A stretch of 63,794 nt of DNA, filler included, from Octopus bimaculoides (Eukaryota): assembly GCF_001194135.2 (NCBI RefSeq). It is 8 parts of 7 records of this genome, joined end to end, with 100 filler letters (N's around TTAATTAATTAA, not from the genome) between each part and the next. Parts side by side here need not be neighbours in the genome. Positions count along the whole stretch, not along the records: positions 21,974 to 27,142 come from NC_068986.1; positions 27,243 to 36,623 come from NC_069002.1; 6 more parts are not named here. One strand, 5' to 3'. Below the pieces are notes generated by a model. The model saw only the letters and a list, made by a program, of their open reading frames with translations, did not search any database and was not told where the DNA came from. How positions within the stretch are numbered: position 1 is the stretch's first letter; each line of letters begins with the position of its first letter. Shown here piece after piece: positions 22,392 through 36,527 of this stretch. A program made the translations under genes and the position numbers.

Positions 22392-23105
22392 ATGACTAAT
22401 ACAGTTCTATATGACATCAGGACAGTATTCAAAAGTAATACAACATTTTGCAAATATCTCCTTCGAGTAAAACCACCAATAGAAGAGAATATGACCAAGA
22501 ACTGCGTGTACTCCATCTCATGTGGTAGGTTATACAAAGGCGAAACATATCGCCCCCTCAAAATAAGGGTAAAGGAACATTGCAAAGCTGTAACACGCAA
22601 AGCTGTAACACGCAAAGCTGTAACACGCAAAGCTGTAACACGCAAAGCTGTAACACGCAAAGCTGTAACACGAGGAGATGTTGATAAATCTGTTATAGCT
22701 GATCATGTATGGAAAAATGGAGACCACCTCCCCCTGTGGGATGAAGTTAAAATAATAGACAGAGAACACCACTGGAAAATACGAAAACTAAAAGAAACAG
22801 CACATATGCTAGGACACAACAACCTCCTAAGCAGACCGAGTGCAGATATGAACAGCATATGTGAACCGGTATTAAGGAAGGATAGTAGAATATTAGATTT
22901 ATAAGTCCTAAAATTTACTCCATAATTAGCATATGGCGGGCATATGGCGTAGTGGTTAAGAGCGCAGGCCACTAACCCCAAGATTCCGAGTTGGATTTCA
23001 GGCAGTGACCTAAGACACTTGATGAAGGCTGGAGGGTATATGAGCCGAAACGTTGTGTTAACAACAAACAAGACGAGGACAAATAATGTAAATAATGCAA
23101 ATAAA
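22392..23105 (+). mobile_element. Penelope-like element 3' fragment: GIY-YIG endonuclease ORF (to 22904), tRNA-like cassette, hammerhead motif
   Basis: NCVYSISCGRLYKGETYRPLKIRVKEH...SVIADHVW...WDEVKIIDREHHWKIRKLKETAHM fits the Penelope GIY-YIG domain; hammerhead motif 23014-23059. Confidence 0.9.
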
Positions 23106-23553
23106 GTTACGAGCACCACCTTTTTGTATGTCTGTCTGTACGAGCACCACCTTATATGTATGTATGTCTGTATGTACGTATATACTTATGTATGCATGCA
23201 TGCGTGTATGTATGTCCGTATGTATAAATGAATGTATGAATGTGTGTATGTATGTGTATAATATATTGGCAGCAACAACAACAGAAACAACAAGGAACAT
23301 GTTTGTTACATTGCAGATCGCAATACACATTCAAATACAAAACAGAACGTAATACAATACACGCAAGGGCATTTGAACAATTACCCCCAAAAACACAAAC
23401 GGGTACACACCCAGACGAACGCACACATTTATAACAAAATTTTGACAGCAAGTAAATGATTAAGTGGAGTCAAAAGTTTCTGCGACTAAAAGAAATCCTC
23501 CACGTAATTGCTTTAAAATTCAGCACATCGAATGACTTGGCAAACACAACTCC

Positions 23554-23592
<39 letters not shown>

Positions 23593-24304
23593 NNNNNNNN
23601 NNNNNNNNNNNNNNNNNNNNNNNNNNNNNNNNNNNNNNNNNNNNNNNNNNNNNNNNNNNNNNNNNNNNNNNNNNNNNNNNNNNNNNNNNNNNNNNNNNNN
23701 NNNNNNNNNNNNNNNNNNNNNNNNNNNNNNNNNNNNNNNNNNNNNNNNNNNNNNNNNNNNNNNNNNNNNNNNNNNNNNNNNNNNNNNNNNNNNNNNNNNN
23801 NNNNNNNNNNNNNNNNNNNNNNNNNNNNNNNNNNNNNNNNNNNNNNNNNNNNNNNNNNNNNNNNNNNNNNNNNNNNNNNNNNNNNNNNNNNNNNNNNNNN
23901 NNNNNNNNNNNNNNNNNNNNNNNNNNNNNNNNNNNNNNNNNNNNNNNNNNNNNNNNNNNNNNNNNNNNNNNNNNNNNNNNNNNNNNNNNNNNNNNNNNNN
24001 NNNNNNNNNNNNNNNNNNNNNNNNNNNNNNNNNNNNNNNNNNNNNNNNNNNNNNNNNNNNNNNNNNNNNNNNNNNNNNNNNNNNNNNNNNNNNNNNNNNN
24101 NNNNNNNNNNNNNNNNNNNNNNNNNNNNNNNNNNNNNNNNNNNNNNNNNNNNNNNNNNNNNNNNNNNNNNNNNNNNNNNNNNNNNNNNNNNNNNNNNNCA
24201 CACACACACACACACACACACACGCAAGGTGGGGTTGAGTCACTTATGTTATTTTCTGCCGATTGCGTTAATAATAATGATAATAATAATAATAATCATG
24301 TCTA

Positions 24305-24490
24305 CTATAGTCACAAGGCCTGAAATTTGGAGGGAGGAGTAAGTCGATTAGATCGACCCCAGTGCGTAACTGGTACTTATTTAATCGACCCCGAAACGAT
24401 GAATGGCAAAGTCGACCTCGGCGGAATTTGTACTCAGAACGTAATGGCGCACGAAATTCCGCTAAGCATTTCGATTCTGTCAGCACGCCG
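24305..24490 (-). mobile_element. SINE family B
   Basis: Reverse family consensus. Confidence 0.9.
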
Positions 24491-24491
24491 C

Positions 24492-24556
<65 letters not shown>

Positions 24557-24577
24557 AAGAAGAAGAAGAAGAAGAAG

Positions 24578-25760
24578 AATGGTACAGGAATAGTATCTTG
24601 GAAGGAACATGAATTACAAGAGATAGACCGGAAAACACATAAATTATTGACAATGAACAAGGAACTACACCCTAAGAGTGATGTGTCAAGATTGTATGTA
24701 AAGAGGAAGGAAGGAGGACAGGGATTAGTGTGTTACAAAGATTGTGCGAGGGATTAGGAGATTAGCCTGCCTTGGTATGTCAAGGGGAGTAAAGAAGAAA
24801 TGATTGAATCAGTGAAAATGCAGGGAACCTTAAAAATGAACGAAGCCATGGATCTTAAACACAATTTAAGAAAGACCAAATAGAGCAGATGAAGAAAATT
24901 TGGCAGGACAAGAAAATGCACAGTCGGTTCTTGAAGAATAAGGATGAGATTGATTGGAATAGAACCTGGCAATGACTGCAGAAAGGAGACTTAAAAGGGC
25001 TCACTGTGGCATTAGTGTGCAGCGCTCAAGAACAAGCTCTCAGAACAAACTACTCCAAATATCACATTGATAGAAGCACTGACTCGACACTGTGTAGGAT
25101 GTGCTCTGAGAAGGGAGAAAGTATAAACCGTATTGCTAGTGAGTGCTGTAAGCTCGCACAACGCGAATATAAATGGAGGCAAGACAATGCGACCAGATAT
25201 GTCCACTAGCTGTTGTGCGGTAAAGCAAATGTCGAGAGAGCCAAACAGTGGTATGAACACAAGCCAGAGGGAGTAATGGAAAACGAACATTACAAAATAC
25301 TCTGGGATTTTAACACGCAGTACGACTAAGTCATAGAGGCGAGACGACCAGATATCGTGATCATCCATAAAGTTGAAAAAGAAGTAAAGGTAATAGATGT
25401 TGTAATACCAGGCGATTCGAGGGTGAAATGTAAGGAAACAGAAAAGATTGAGAAATACCAGCCACTGAGGGACGAGATAAGAAGTTATGAGGCATGAGAA
25501 CAGTAACGGTGATACTGGTAGTACCTGGAGCATTAGGAACAATTTCCAAGGGCTTTGGAAAACATATTAAGAATGCGGGAGCTGCTGTTAGGCTCGAGGT
25601 GATCCAGAAGACAGCATTGTTGGGTACAGCTCGCATTCTAAGGAGAGCATTGTCTCTTTGAGTCACAGGAGAAGGCAATACTTGAAATCTTTGTTGATTT
25701 GTTGTTGCCTGCTTTCAAATAAGGAATAAATGGTAATTAAGAACTATCCGAGAGTCCTTC
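24578..25760 (+). mobile_element. 5'-truncated R4/Dong-clade non-LTR retrotransposon (zinc knuckle + restriction-like endonuclease), decayed
   Basis: HPKSDVSRLYVKRKEGGQGL; CRMC...RIASEC from 25093; RRPDIV...IDVVIP from 25345; terminal QKTALLGTARILR; stops and frameshifts. Confidence 0.9.
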
Positions 25761-25769
25761 ATAATAATG

Positions 25770-25828
<59 letters not shown>

Positions 25829-25829
<1 letters not shown>

Positions 25830-25965
25830 GTCCTTTCTACTATAAGTACAAAGGCTGAAATTTTGGGGGAGAGAAATAGTCAATTACATCGACCCCAGTG
25901 TTTCACTGGTAATTTATCGACCTCGAAAGGATGAAAGGCAAAGTCGACCTCGGCGGAATTTGAAC
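25829..25965 (-). mobile_element. SINE family B, 5'-truncated, with (ATT)n tail at about 25761-25828
   Basis: Reverse family consensus. Confidence 0.85.
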
Positions 25966-26000
<35 letters not shown>

Positions 26001-26294
26001 AATAATAATAAATACACACACACAAACAAACACACGCATGCACGCACGCACACATACAGAGGCACACACCCACAGACACACACATGTATATATATGTATC
26101 GTCCTGTTTTAGCTTCTGTTATGTGGGCATTGCCTGAGGATTGCATGAAGGCACCAGATTGTTAAAATATGCTGTCTGAGATGTTTTCATCGTATGAAAC
26201 TATTATTAGTAGCTCATAAAATTGTGCTTATTAAATAATATTTATCTCTCACCAGATGGAGTACTTTTTTGTTAATCATGACGGAACAGTACAC

Positions 26295-26376
<82 letters not shown>

Positions 26377-26741
26377 NNNNNNNNNNNNNNNNNNNNNNNN
26401 NNNNNNNNNNNNNNNNNNNNNNNNNNNNNNNNNNNNNNNNNNNNNNNNNNNNNNNNNNNNNNNNNNNNNNNNNNNNNNNNNNNNNNNNNNNNNNNNNNNN
26501 NNNNNNNNNNNNNNNNNNNNNNNNNNNNNNNNNNNNNNNNNNNNNNNNNNNNNNNNNNNNNNNNNNNNNNNNNNNNNNNNNNNNNNNNNNNNNNNNNNNN
26601 NNNNNNNNNNNNNNNNNNNNNNNNNNNNNNNNNNNNNNNNNNNNNNNNNNNNNNNNNNNNNNNNNNNNNNNNNNNNNNNNNNNNNNNNNNNNNNNNNNNN
26701 NNNNNNNNNNNNNNNNNNNNNNNNNNNNNNNNNNNATATAG

Positions 26742-26787
<46 letters not shown>

Positions 26788-28924
26788 TCACATACAGTAA
26801 TTTTCTGCTGTGAATTAGCACGTATAATATGACACGTATACACGCATACATATACACACGCACACACACTCAGACGCGCACACACTCTCAGACGCATACA
26901 CATACACATTGTATGTATTACATATGCTAATTACATGTACGTATACGCATATCACGTTCAGTGATATATATATAATTGACGGTGTATGACATGTATGAAT
27001 ACAGATGAACACATTCGTAAACGCTCTCTGCTGTACTGTAAAAGAAGCACGTAAGCAGTTACATAGGAACTCATTCATGCATGCACGCACATGCACACGC
27101 GTACGCGCATACACGCATAGACACACACATTATGTATATATANNNNNNNNNNNNNNNNNNNNNNNNNNNNNNNNNNNNNNNNNNNNTTAATTAATTAANN
27201 NNNNNNNNNNNNNNNNNNNNNNNNNNNNNNNNNNNNNNNNNNGGACAGTTTCTTGATAGACAGCATTCAGAGTATTTTACGGGTGGAGCACATGTGCCTC
27301 TAAGTATAAAAGCAGACGATTTGTTTATTCTTCTTCAGGGGCAAAAAGGGGGAAGCGGAGGGAGAAAAAAGAAGAAGAAGAAGAAGAAGAAAGTTGACCT
27401 CGGCGGAATTTGAACACAGGGTTCGGTATTCTAACGATTCGGCCAACTCGGTTATATCCCCTTCTAATTCTTTTTGCTTAGGTATTATAATCAAGGAACG
27501 AAATATTTTAGGACGTGGTTCATTACAGAATACAGGGAAAAGTAAAGAGGAGAAAACCATGACCCTTAGTTTAGCTTGAGATTGGAAACTTGACCCAATT
27601 ACAGCAATCTGGTCTGGACATCGCGAAATGTCTCCATGATAATAGTTTAATGTAGCTAAGAAGGGACTCAGCCGACTCGAAGGACTTCTTCGCTGTTCCC
27701 TTCTCTCTAATGTTATTCACAAGGAACGGATCAAATAAGTCTCTTCCAATTGTGCTTGTGAAGCTGTATCGACCCCGTTAAGCCGTTTTTTTGTTCTTTT
27801 AGCTAACCACAAGAAAATCAAAATTAATTTTCTTCAAAATATACCTGTCTAGAAGATATACAGCGCGTTTGAGTTGCTATTCAGCGTATGTATGAAATGC
27901 AGAGAAATGTGTAATTACTGTAATGAGAAGGGGGAAACCAATTATAGCATTTTATATATAACACTGTAGAGCACCTATTGTAATCCTTTACATGAGTCGT
28001 CAGACTTACTGGCGTAAATGAAGTGAAAGGATGACAAGCAGCAATGAAAACAAGTCATGTTCTAGATTTCCGAGGTGATTGCATGAACAGATTCAACAGA
28101 AGTAATACATTCTGATTTTACGAAAGAGAAATAGGAGTGTAGTTGAGTGGCTGATTCTCCCCCAGTCCCGCTCCCCACCCTTCAAATTATAGATGTTACG
28201 TAAGAAACATTAAAATGCGGACTATATCTTGCTCTGTCGAGAGTTTTACTGCTTTTAATATGGTGTCTGCGAAAAAACAAACAACGATATTCAGAAAAAT
28301 AATTACAAAATTAGAAACATCAATTATAAGTTAAACATAACAGTAATAAAAACATATCGGGTGGTGGCCTGTTTATGGAGAGTTGACCTTCTACAAATAA
28401 CAAGTAAATCTCCGTTTAATCATGTCCTACTGTCTTAAATGAAGGAGACATTTGACATGAACTTGGGTAAACAGAGAGGTGGGGCATCGTGGATGTATAT
28501 GCGTAACTACTTGTATACACGCATAAGAATATGCGCGGAAACCCGTGCTTTTGCGTGTGATTGAATGGTTCAGGCTGACATTGACAACATGCAGTGGCTT
28601 CCTTTTGTAGATATTTACTCGACAGATGCTGGTTATCTCAAGCTTAAGGCAGAAATGAAGAGTTTTCACTTGTTTAATCGGTGCACCACATGCTAAGAGA
28701 GAGAGAGAGAGTGAGAGAGAGAGTGAGAAAGAGAGAAAGAGAAAGAGAGAGAGAGAGAGAAAGAGAGAGAAAGAGAGATCTGTCACTCCTCCCACAATAC
28801 TTAGTAACGAGAGCAACTACAACTGAAATAATGTAACACAACATTATCTATAATAAGACGAGAAAGAGGTTATGGAGAAGATTGCCTGGCTCTCATCTGT
28901 AGTCTAATTAAACATGCAGAAAAA

Positions 28925-28967
<43 letters not shown>

Positions 28968-31593
28968 AATATAGATGACTTAATTAACTTGCAACATCCA
29001 TCTTGGCTCAAAACATAAACAACTAAGCGATATTGAACAATAGGTCATTTTATTGATTAGAAAGTCCGGATTCACTTTTTTTAATCAATTTCAACCACAA
29101 AAGTAATAAGTTTCACAACCACCACAATTACTAAGTGTAAACTCCACAGTATCTCCTCCATTGTTTTTATTATTAATTCTATAACTTTCTCCTTTGACTA
29201 CTTCTTTATTTATCTCGGTTGTTTACAACTAAACTCCAAGTTGTTTATATCTAACAATTGTCTTCTCTACGACATATTCGTCTTCCCATTCCAGACTGAG
29301 AGACTCAATGCAGCAATGAAGTATTTCAAGAGGTTTCGACGATACTCTACTTGCTGAAGAAGAGAAATCTTACACTTGCCCTCAATGTTGACAAGTCATT
29401 GCTGATAACAACGGCAATGTCACTGATTTAATCGCTCTATAATAACTACTGTAATCTGTGAAAGACAACTGCAGAGTTTTTCACAGCAAGCTGGCTCACG
29501 CCTGCTGACTGAATGAAAATACATGTGTTTATGTATAACGCCTCTGTAGTTAGAGGGAAATGTGGTACTTATCTTCAGATAATTGAACAACAGTAATACA
29601 TGTTTGGGCAGTCTCCTTTATTTTTCTCTATATGAAGCGAGATGCTGAATGTTCAACAGCGAATTTCTTAAAATGTAGGATTCTTTCACTTATACACGTT
29701 TTATTGTAGTGCAAATATAATATTAATATACATGTGTATGTGTGTGATTGTGTGTGTGTATGTGTGTGTGTATGTGTGTGTGCATGTGTGTGTATGTATT
29801 TGTATGTGTGTGTGTGTGTGTGTGCGTGTATGCGCGTGTGTGTATGTAGGCGTGTATGCGTTTGTGCGTATATGTGTGTTTCTTTGTATTCAAGTATGTA
29901 TTCACATGAAGAATCTTATGTATTTCTTTGAGTTGTTTAATCGAAACTGCATTCTCTTCCAAGAACTGTTTATAAATTTGTAACAACAATTATATGGTCG
30001 TTATCACTTCCTCTTCTCTACTCTGTCTCACCCTCTCCCTCTCTCTCCATCTCTCTCTCTCTTTCACCTCTGTCAAATTCTCTTCCCTTTTTCTTCTATG
30101 TCCTATTCTCTTCCTCACTTGCAATTTCTCGCTGTTTCCATTTATCCAACTGAAACACGAAAGCAAGTAAAAAAAATAGTACAACTCTTTATCCAAGGAC
30201 TACGCCTGAATATTTAATCTTTATTGGTTTTCGCCTTGCAGCGTTCTAATCTGAGTCACTAATGTCTTACATTGTTTTGTTTTATTATCATCTGTTTTGC
30301 CTCCATTTCTTTGTATCTTAACCCTATATTTGTCTGTGTATTCATATGTTCTATATCACGACTTCCCTTACTTCACTGCATATATTTCTTGTCTTTTGAG
30401 TCCCTGTTGCCCTGTATCCGTTACTAACAATAATATTAGTTTATAAGCACGAAACTAATAAGACTCTTATTCACATATAATAATGAAAACTCAATAGGGG
30501 TCGAAAGAAACAGCAAATCTTTAAAACCAAAGGAAAGTAGTAAAAAGAAATAATTCAAAAAGTAGAAAAGGTAGTGAAGAGGAGGCTCACATCAATGAGG
30601 GTAACTCCATCCGCCAAGAAGTGTAACTCATTGCCCGCGAGAAGAAATAAACCCCAACTTCATCATTTTGAACATCAGTGTCCAACTGGTGCATATTATA
30701 TGAACGCTGAAAAGGGAAACTCGACCAGGGAGGACTTTGAGCACATAAAAAAGCACTAATAATAAAAATAACGACAATAATAATTCTCTCTAGCATAGAC
30801 CCAAGAAGTGAGATTTGGGTTAAGCTGCTTTTCAATACTATGATACCAGTACATCACTGATATTACATTTTATCGATCACTGAGGGACGAAAAGCAAAGT
30901 TCGTATATTATTTCGTATGAAAATCGGAACTTATTACGAACTGCGGCAACATTTCATTTTATATGAGAATAAATGGACATAAAGAGAGTACTTAATGTTA
31001 CTCTGGTCATGTACGACTGTTTGCAGAAATGTATAAGAGATGAAAGAGGTCATAATATAACTGTCAAAGTAGGAAAACCATTTCTAACACAAAATGTATA
31101 GAAATGCAAGAGAGTTCATAACAAAGACATGGCATCGAATTCAATAGAACAAAAAAAAAAAAGAAGAAGAAAAAAGAAAAATGGAATAAACTGAAAATAT
31201 CAGAAAAGAGATAGAAAATTGAATAGTCATGCAAATCTCTATGTAGCAACGCATGCATGTAAACATATATGGGGTGTTGTTGTCGTCATCATCCTCATCC
31301 TTATCATCATCATCATCATAATCATCGTGGTTGTGGTTGTTATGAGCGTTTACAGAAAGCAATATGTAGGAGTAGGAATGATAGAGTATTATGAAGGAAA
31401 ATTAATGTAAATGAAAATATATGAGGTGAAAAAGTTTCATGCAACATGAGAATGTATTGGAATACAAAAGCAGACGTTTATAAGTACAAGCATACATACA
31501 TACTTACTTACATACATACATACATACATACATACACATATTCATACACACACACAAATATATGTATATTATTTCGCTTTGGCATAACGAGAC

Positions 31594-31642
<49 letters not shown>

Positions 31643-31709
31643 NNNNNNNNNNNNNNNNNNNNNNNNNNNNNNNNNNNNNNNNNNNNNNNNNATATATATA
31701 TGTACACAC

Positions 31710-31751
<42 letters not shown>

Positions 31752-31756
31752 ATATT

Positions 31757-31818
<62 letters not shown>

Positions 31819-32495
31819 GCATACACACGAAACCGAGATCGGTAGTTCTGTAAATATCTATAGCAACATACAAATATCATACGCCTCCCCATTAACGCAT
31901 TAGCTCTATATGAATATAAATGTAAATGCGTATACACATATAGACACAAATATCAGAATACATATGCATAAGTAGCCATTTAAACATACACAAGCACAAA
32001 TGTATACACACATACATACATGCGTGCATATATACATATATACATACATATACATACACATACATATGCATACACACATATGCAATTTGTTGATGTAGCA
32101 ATATAAAAATGTCAACTTACGCAAACAAAATGTTATATAACCAGCTTGAGCATGCGCACACGTGTGTCTATGTATACTTAAGCGTTAATTCAAATATATA
32201 CTCACATAAATGCTGCACACAACATTCGCAAAACTTTCAGAAATTCTAGAGAAATATGAATTTCATTAGAGAGAGAGAAAGATGGAAGCAATGATGATAT
32301 GTTGAATAAAGGTAGTGGCGGCAGAGGGGGATAAAATCATGGTGGGGGAGGGGAAGACATTGAAAATTAACAGCGCGGAAGAAAAATAATAAAGCGTAAA
32401 AACCAGAAAGGCTAGACACTAATAGTACATTGCTACATATGTGTATAGATACACACATACGTACATACATACATACATACATACATACATACATA

Positions 32496-32704
32496 CGAGT
32501 GGTGCTGAAAAGTTCCTGGCTTTGGGTAAAAGAAAATACAGGAAGATCAGTTAATTGCGAATTCATTCAACGTAATCCCCTTTCAGATTCACACTCTTAT
32601 TGCAACGGTCTTACAGTTTTTTCTAAGCTCTGTAAAAGGGTTGGGCCTACAGCCAGGCCTTTCGCAGCAACCTTAAAGACAAGGACCTTTCAGCGCCCCA
32701 CTCG
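32496..32704. mobile_element. Mariner-type MITE with TA TSD
   Basis: TA-CGAGTGGTGCTGAAAAGTTCC ... GGACCTTTCAGCGCCCCACTCG-TA. Confidence 0.85.
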
Positions 32705-32889
32705 TATATGGGGATGTTTTGTGCAGCATTTATGCGTATATGTCTTTGAATTAATGCTTACGTACATGTAAATTTGTATAATTTTAGTATATCCTTACTA
32801 TACGTGGCAAAAGCTGATCTGCTAACTTTTGTTATCCAAATTTAAAGGAGACGGCTGCAACATCACTTTGAACACGCTATACTAAATAC

Positions 32890-33430
32890 TGCCTGTCATA
32901 ACTGACCAAAATGCAGTCGGGACGCGAAGACTGTTTGGAAGCTCGCTTTGCAGTAAGGTTTTATGCTAAAGTTTGGGCAAAACGTTACAGAAACGTATGA
33001 CACTCTCCTGGCTAGCTTGGAATTAATTTATATGAGCGGAGCATCTGTTTTCCATACGGAAAAGTGGATGTGAGTGGCAATGACAAGGGTGAGAGAGAGT
33101 GGGATATCAGAATGTCAGAGATGCTTGAGGAAATTCGCAGTTTTCTGGATAAAGAATGTTGTGTGTCTATAAAGACAATACACATACAGTTTGGTATTGG
33201 TTTAGCAACTATACACAGAACTATTCAGGACAATCTGGGCACGGGCTAAGTTTGTGCAAAGTTTGTTCTCAGAGCGCTAAGTGACAGGGAATCCTGGTAA
33301 CCAACTATTCGTTAGAGACTGGCACCAAAACTGCGTCAAACTCATGTCTGTCCAGATCTTGGTCCCTGCGATTATTAGTTGTCCTCCAAGCTGAAGAAGA
33401 TGAAAGAAATGGTGACCAGGATTTTGGACA
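32890..33430 (+). pseudogene. Mariner transposase remnant with internal deletions
   Basis: ARFAVRF...TETY, TIHRTIQDNLG*VCAKFV (33250-33270), PDLGPCDY (cf. YSPDLAPxD). Confidence 0.8.
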
Positions 33431-34243
33431 CTAGCACCGTATTGAAGTCACACATACACACTATCACACGCATACACACAATCACACACACACATAATCA
33501 CACATAATTATACACAATCATACACACTCACACACGCATATATACAGCACATCTTGTTTGTGGCATTATTATGCCTACCGACAAAATGGAGAGATAGACG
33601 ATACAATGGCGGACAGGAAAAGCAACAAAGGGACAGGAAAAAAAAGGACAGGTCATTTGTGGCCTTCTTTCTTCAGTCAAGTTACCACATGTCCTTACAG
33701 TTTCGGGCAGTTACACTTGAGACTGTTCGATCTGTCCCCCCCGCCACAAAAAAAGTCTAAGCTAAGAGCATTACATGTTTTGTAAGAAAGCGAATGTGTG
33801 CAACAACAAAGACGAAAACGGAGAACATGGTACACAATTATAAATACAAACAAGAATATGTGAGCCTCTGCACAGCTCCTTTTAACGAAATTCCACGCAG
33901 AGCTTTCGAACGATTGAGTAGAATCACGTACTGAAGTCGTTGTACAGTGTAGTCGAACCCGAGACCTGATGATAATAAAGGATATTCCTCACCACATCAC
34001 CATGACAACGCCCTCTATATTAAATTAATATGTAATATTTTCGTTAGCTTGTGAAATAACTTATTTTCTTCGTCAATTACTTTATAAAACGTAGCTGTTA
34101 GGTTTCTCACTGGAACGATCTTGATATCTTAATTCATGATGAGTTCTGTGACGCCAAAAGTTTTGCCATCTAATTGCTGTTATTAGTGTTATCCTTATTT
34201 TTTCCGTCGTCGTCGTCTCCGTCGTCATCATCGACATCATCAG

Positions 34244-34296
<53 letters not shown>

Positions 34297-34789
34297 ATAT
34301 TAGTATTATTATTATTATTATTGCCTATTGAGATTATAATTAATTTTTATAAGTGTTTTAATTCTAAGTAATTGAGTTATTTAAAATAGATCTCAATTAA
34401 AATAGCCTTATCTGTCAATACACATATTCCACTGTTTCGTATATTTTTCCTAGAAGCAATTGCTTACATTTGTTTTACACACACACACACACACACACAC
34501 ATCGATGGATAGATAGACATACATACATACAGACAGACAGACAGGAAGACAGACAGACAGATAGATAGATAGAATAGATAGACAGACAGATAGAATAGAT
34601 AGATAGAATAGAATAGATAGATAGATAGATAGATAGATATGAATATTCAGGCATGTATAATCATTCGTGTTAGTTAAGGCGGTAAAGAAACAATATATAT
34701 TGAGGAACCTGAAGCTAATTATCATTGCTGATAATTAGCTAATTAGTTATGTTCCAAGAGCAATTGTCATCAATATCAAATATTTATTT

Positions 34790-35003
34790 GAAATTTTGTC
34801 ACAAAGCCAGCAATTTCAGAGGATTGGGAATATGTTAATTACATCGACCCCAGTGTATCACTAACTGATAGTTATTTTATCGACCCCGAAATGACGAAAA
34901 GCAAAGTGGTCTTCGGCGGAATTTGAACTTAGAACGTCAAGACGAACGAAGTGTCGCTAAGCATTTCGCCTGATTTGATAACGATTCTACCAACACGCCA
35001 CCT
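34790..35003 (-). mobile_element. SINE family B
   Basis: Reverse family consensus. Confidence 0.85.
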
Positions 35004-35044
35004 TATCAGTATCAAATATTTATGTGAATTCTTCTTCACACTCT

Positions 35045-35290
35045 TCACTTTGCGCCCTTTTAAGGTCTAGCCAGGCTCATGGGCCCGGTTTCAATGACGT
35101 ATGTGTTCCCCAACTGAATGGGACGCCAGTCCATCGCAGCGTTACACATTTTTGCCAGCTGAGTGGACTGGAGCAACGTGAAATGAAGTGTTTTGCTCAA
35201 GAACACAACGCGTCGCCCGGTCCAGGAATCGAAACCACAATCTTACGATCATGATGCTGACACCCTAACCAATAGGCCACGCGCCTCCAC
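35045..35290 (-). mobile_element. tRNA-derived SINE family D; second copy at about 41965-42245
   Basis: Head gtggaggcgcgtggcctattggttaggg...ggtttcgattcc; body ttcttgagcaaaacacttcatttcacgttgctccagtcc shared with the 42 kb copy. Confidence 0.85.
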
Positions 35291-36496
35291 ATGTGAATTC
35301 TTCTAGTGTGTGTAAACCAATGTACCAGTAAAATACTGTGGCTACCAATTTCCGTGTTCGTTTCCATTAAATTTCTGTCCCTGTTTCTATATCCTACTTT
35401 GTGTTTGTAATGCACTTTCTCTAATAAATGCATCAGCTAAGGGAGCTAACTCAATACAGATTGGTGGCATGAAGGTTGATAAATACGTTAAAGACAGCGG
35501 CCTAAAGGTTTGGATTACTCTCATAATGCTGTGGGTCCAGTTCTGGGAGCAAGCTTTGTATTCTTGACCAAGGTTACTTCCTGCAGTTATTATTCCATAT
35601 TCATGTTCTCCAATTTTCAGGAAAAAAAAAAAAATTAAAGAGGTGGAAATTTCTGTTGACATTGTAAATAATTACATCGCATCTTGCCCTGGTTTTTTCT
35701 ACAAATCGGCATTTTTAAAATTCCCTATAATTGAAAAGGAATTAATTTTCAGTCTAGTGTTAAGGTTTGAAATACAGTGATCACCAAATACAAACGTACA
35801 TATATACATACATACATATATACATACCTACACACATACACACGCACAAATATGCTCACCGTTTAAAACCTGTTCACGGTATTCGGCTGCCTGATCTTAA
35901 CAACAGTATGGAAGTATATACAACTGGATTTACTTCACGATTTCGTTTCTGTCCGTATATTTATTTACAAAGATGACAAATAGAACATGGAACTCACGAG
36001 ACACATCATCATCCGTACCTTAAATTGAGATGCTGTACAACTACTTGCCGTACTATATAAGTGCTGATACCTCTCCCCAAGGTCTATTCTGATCTGAGGC
36101 ATATGTGATGCTTTAATACAACTGTGCCCTATTATCGGTGTACTCCATTTATTTTTATTTGATTTTACTTTTTGATTCCATATTATTTCATCCTTCTTTT
36201 CTTTATTATATATTTTTATGGTTTTATTGCTTACATAAAAAGGATTCTTTCATTCCATCTCAGTTCCCTACGCAGACGAATGATATGCTACACCAACTAA
36301 AATGTATTCATATAGATATAAGCGGAAAAGTCACGATAGAATACATACTCGGCTTAAAGATAAGTCCTGGGATCGATTCGTTCGACTAAATCCCTTTAAG
36401 GCGGTGCTGCAGCAACGCCACACTCAAGTGACGAAAAAAATAGAAGATAAGAAGTAAAAACCACACATACACACACATATACATATATATATATAC

Positions 36497-36527
<31 letters not shown>

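Noticed and set aside
22938-23010. Bona fide tRNA gene (likewise all SINE heads)
   Set aside because: Imperfect acceptor and anticodon stems, degenerate B-box, embedded in repeats.
29293-29345. Good acceptor (ttcccattccag) followed by a short open frame TERLNAAMKYFKR
   Set aside because: No convincing donor and too short to assess without RNA data.
30574-30759. 61-aa ORF in a locally complex segment
   Set aside because: GTG start, no homology recognised, no clear splice signals.
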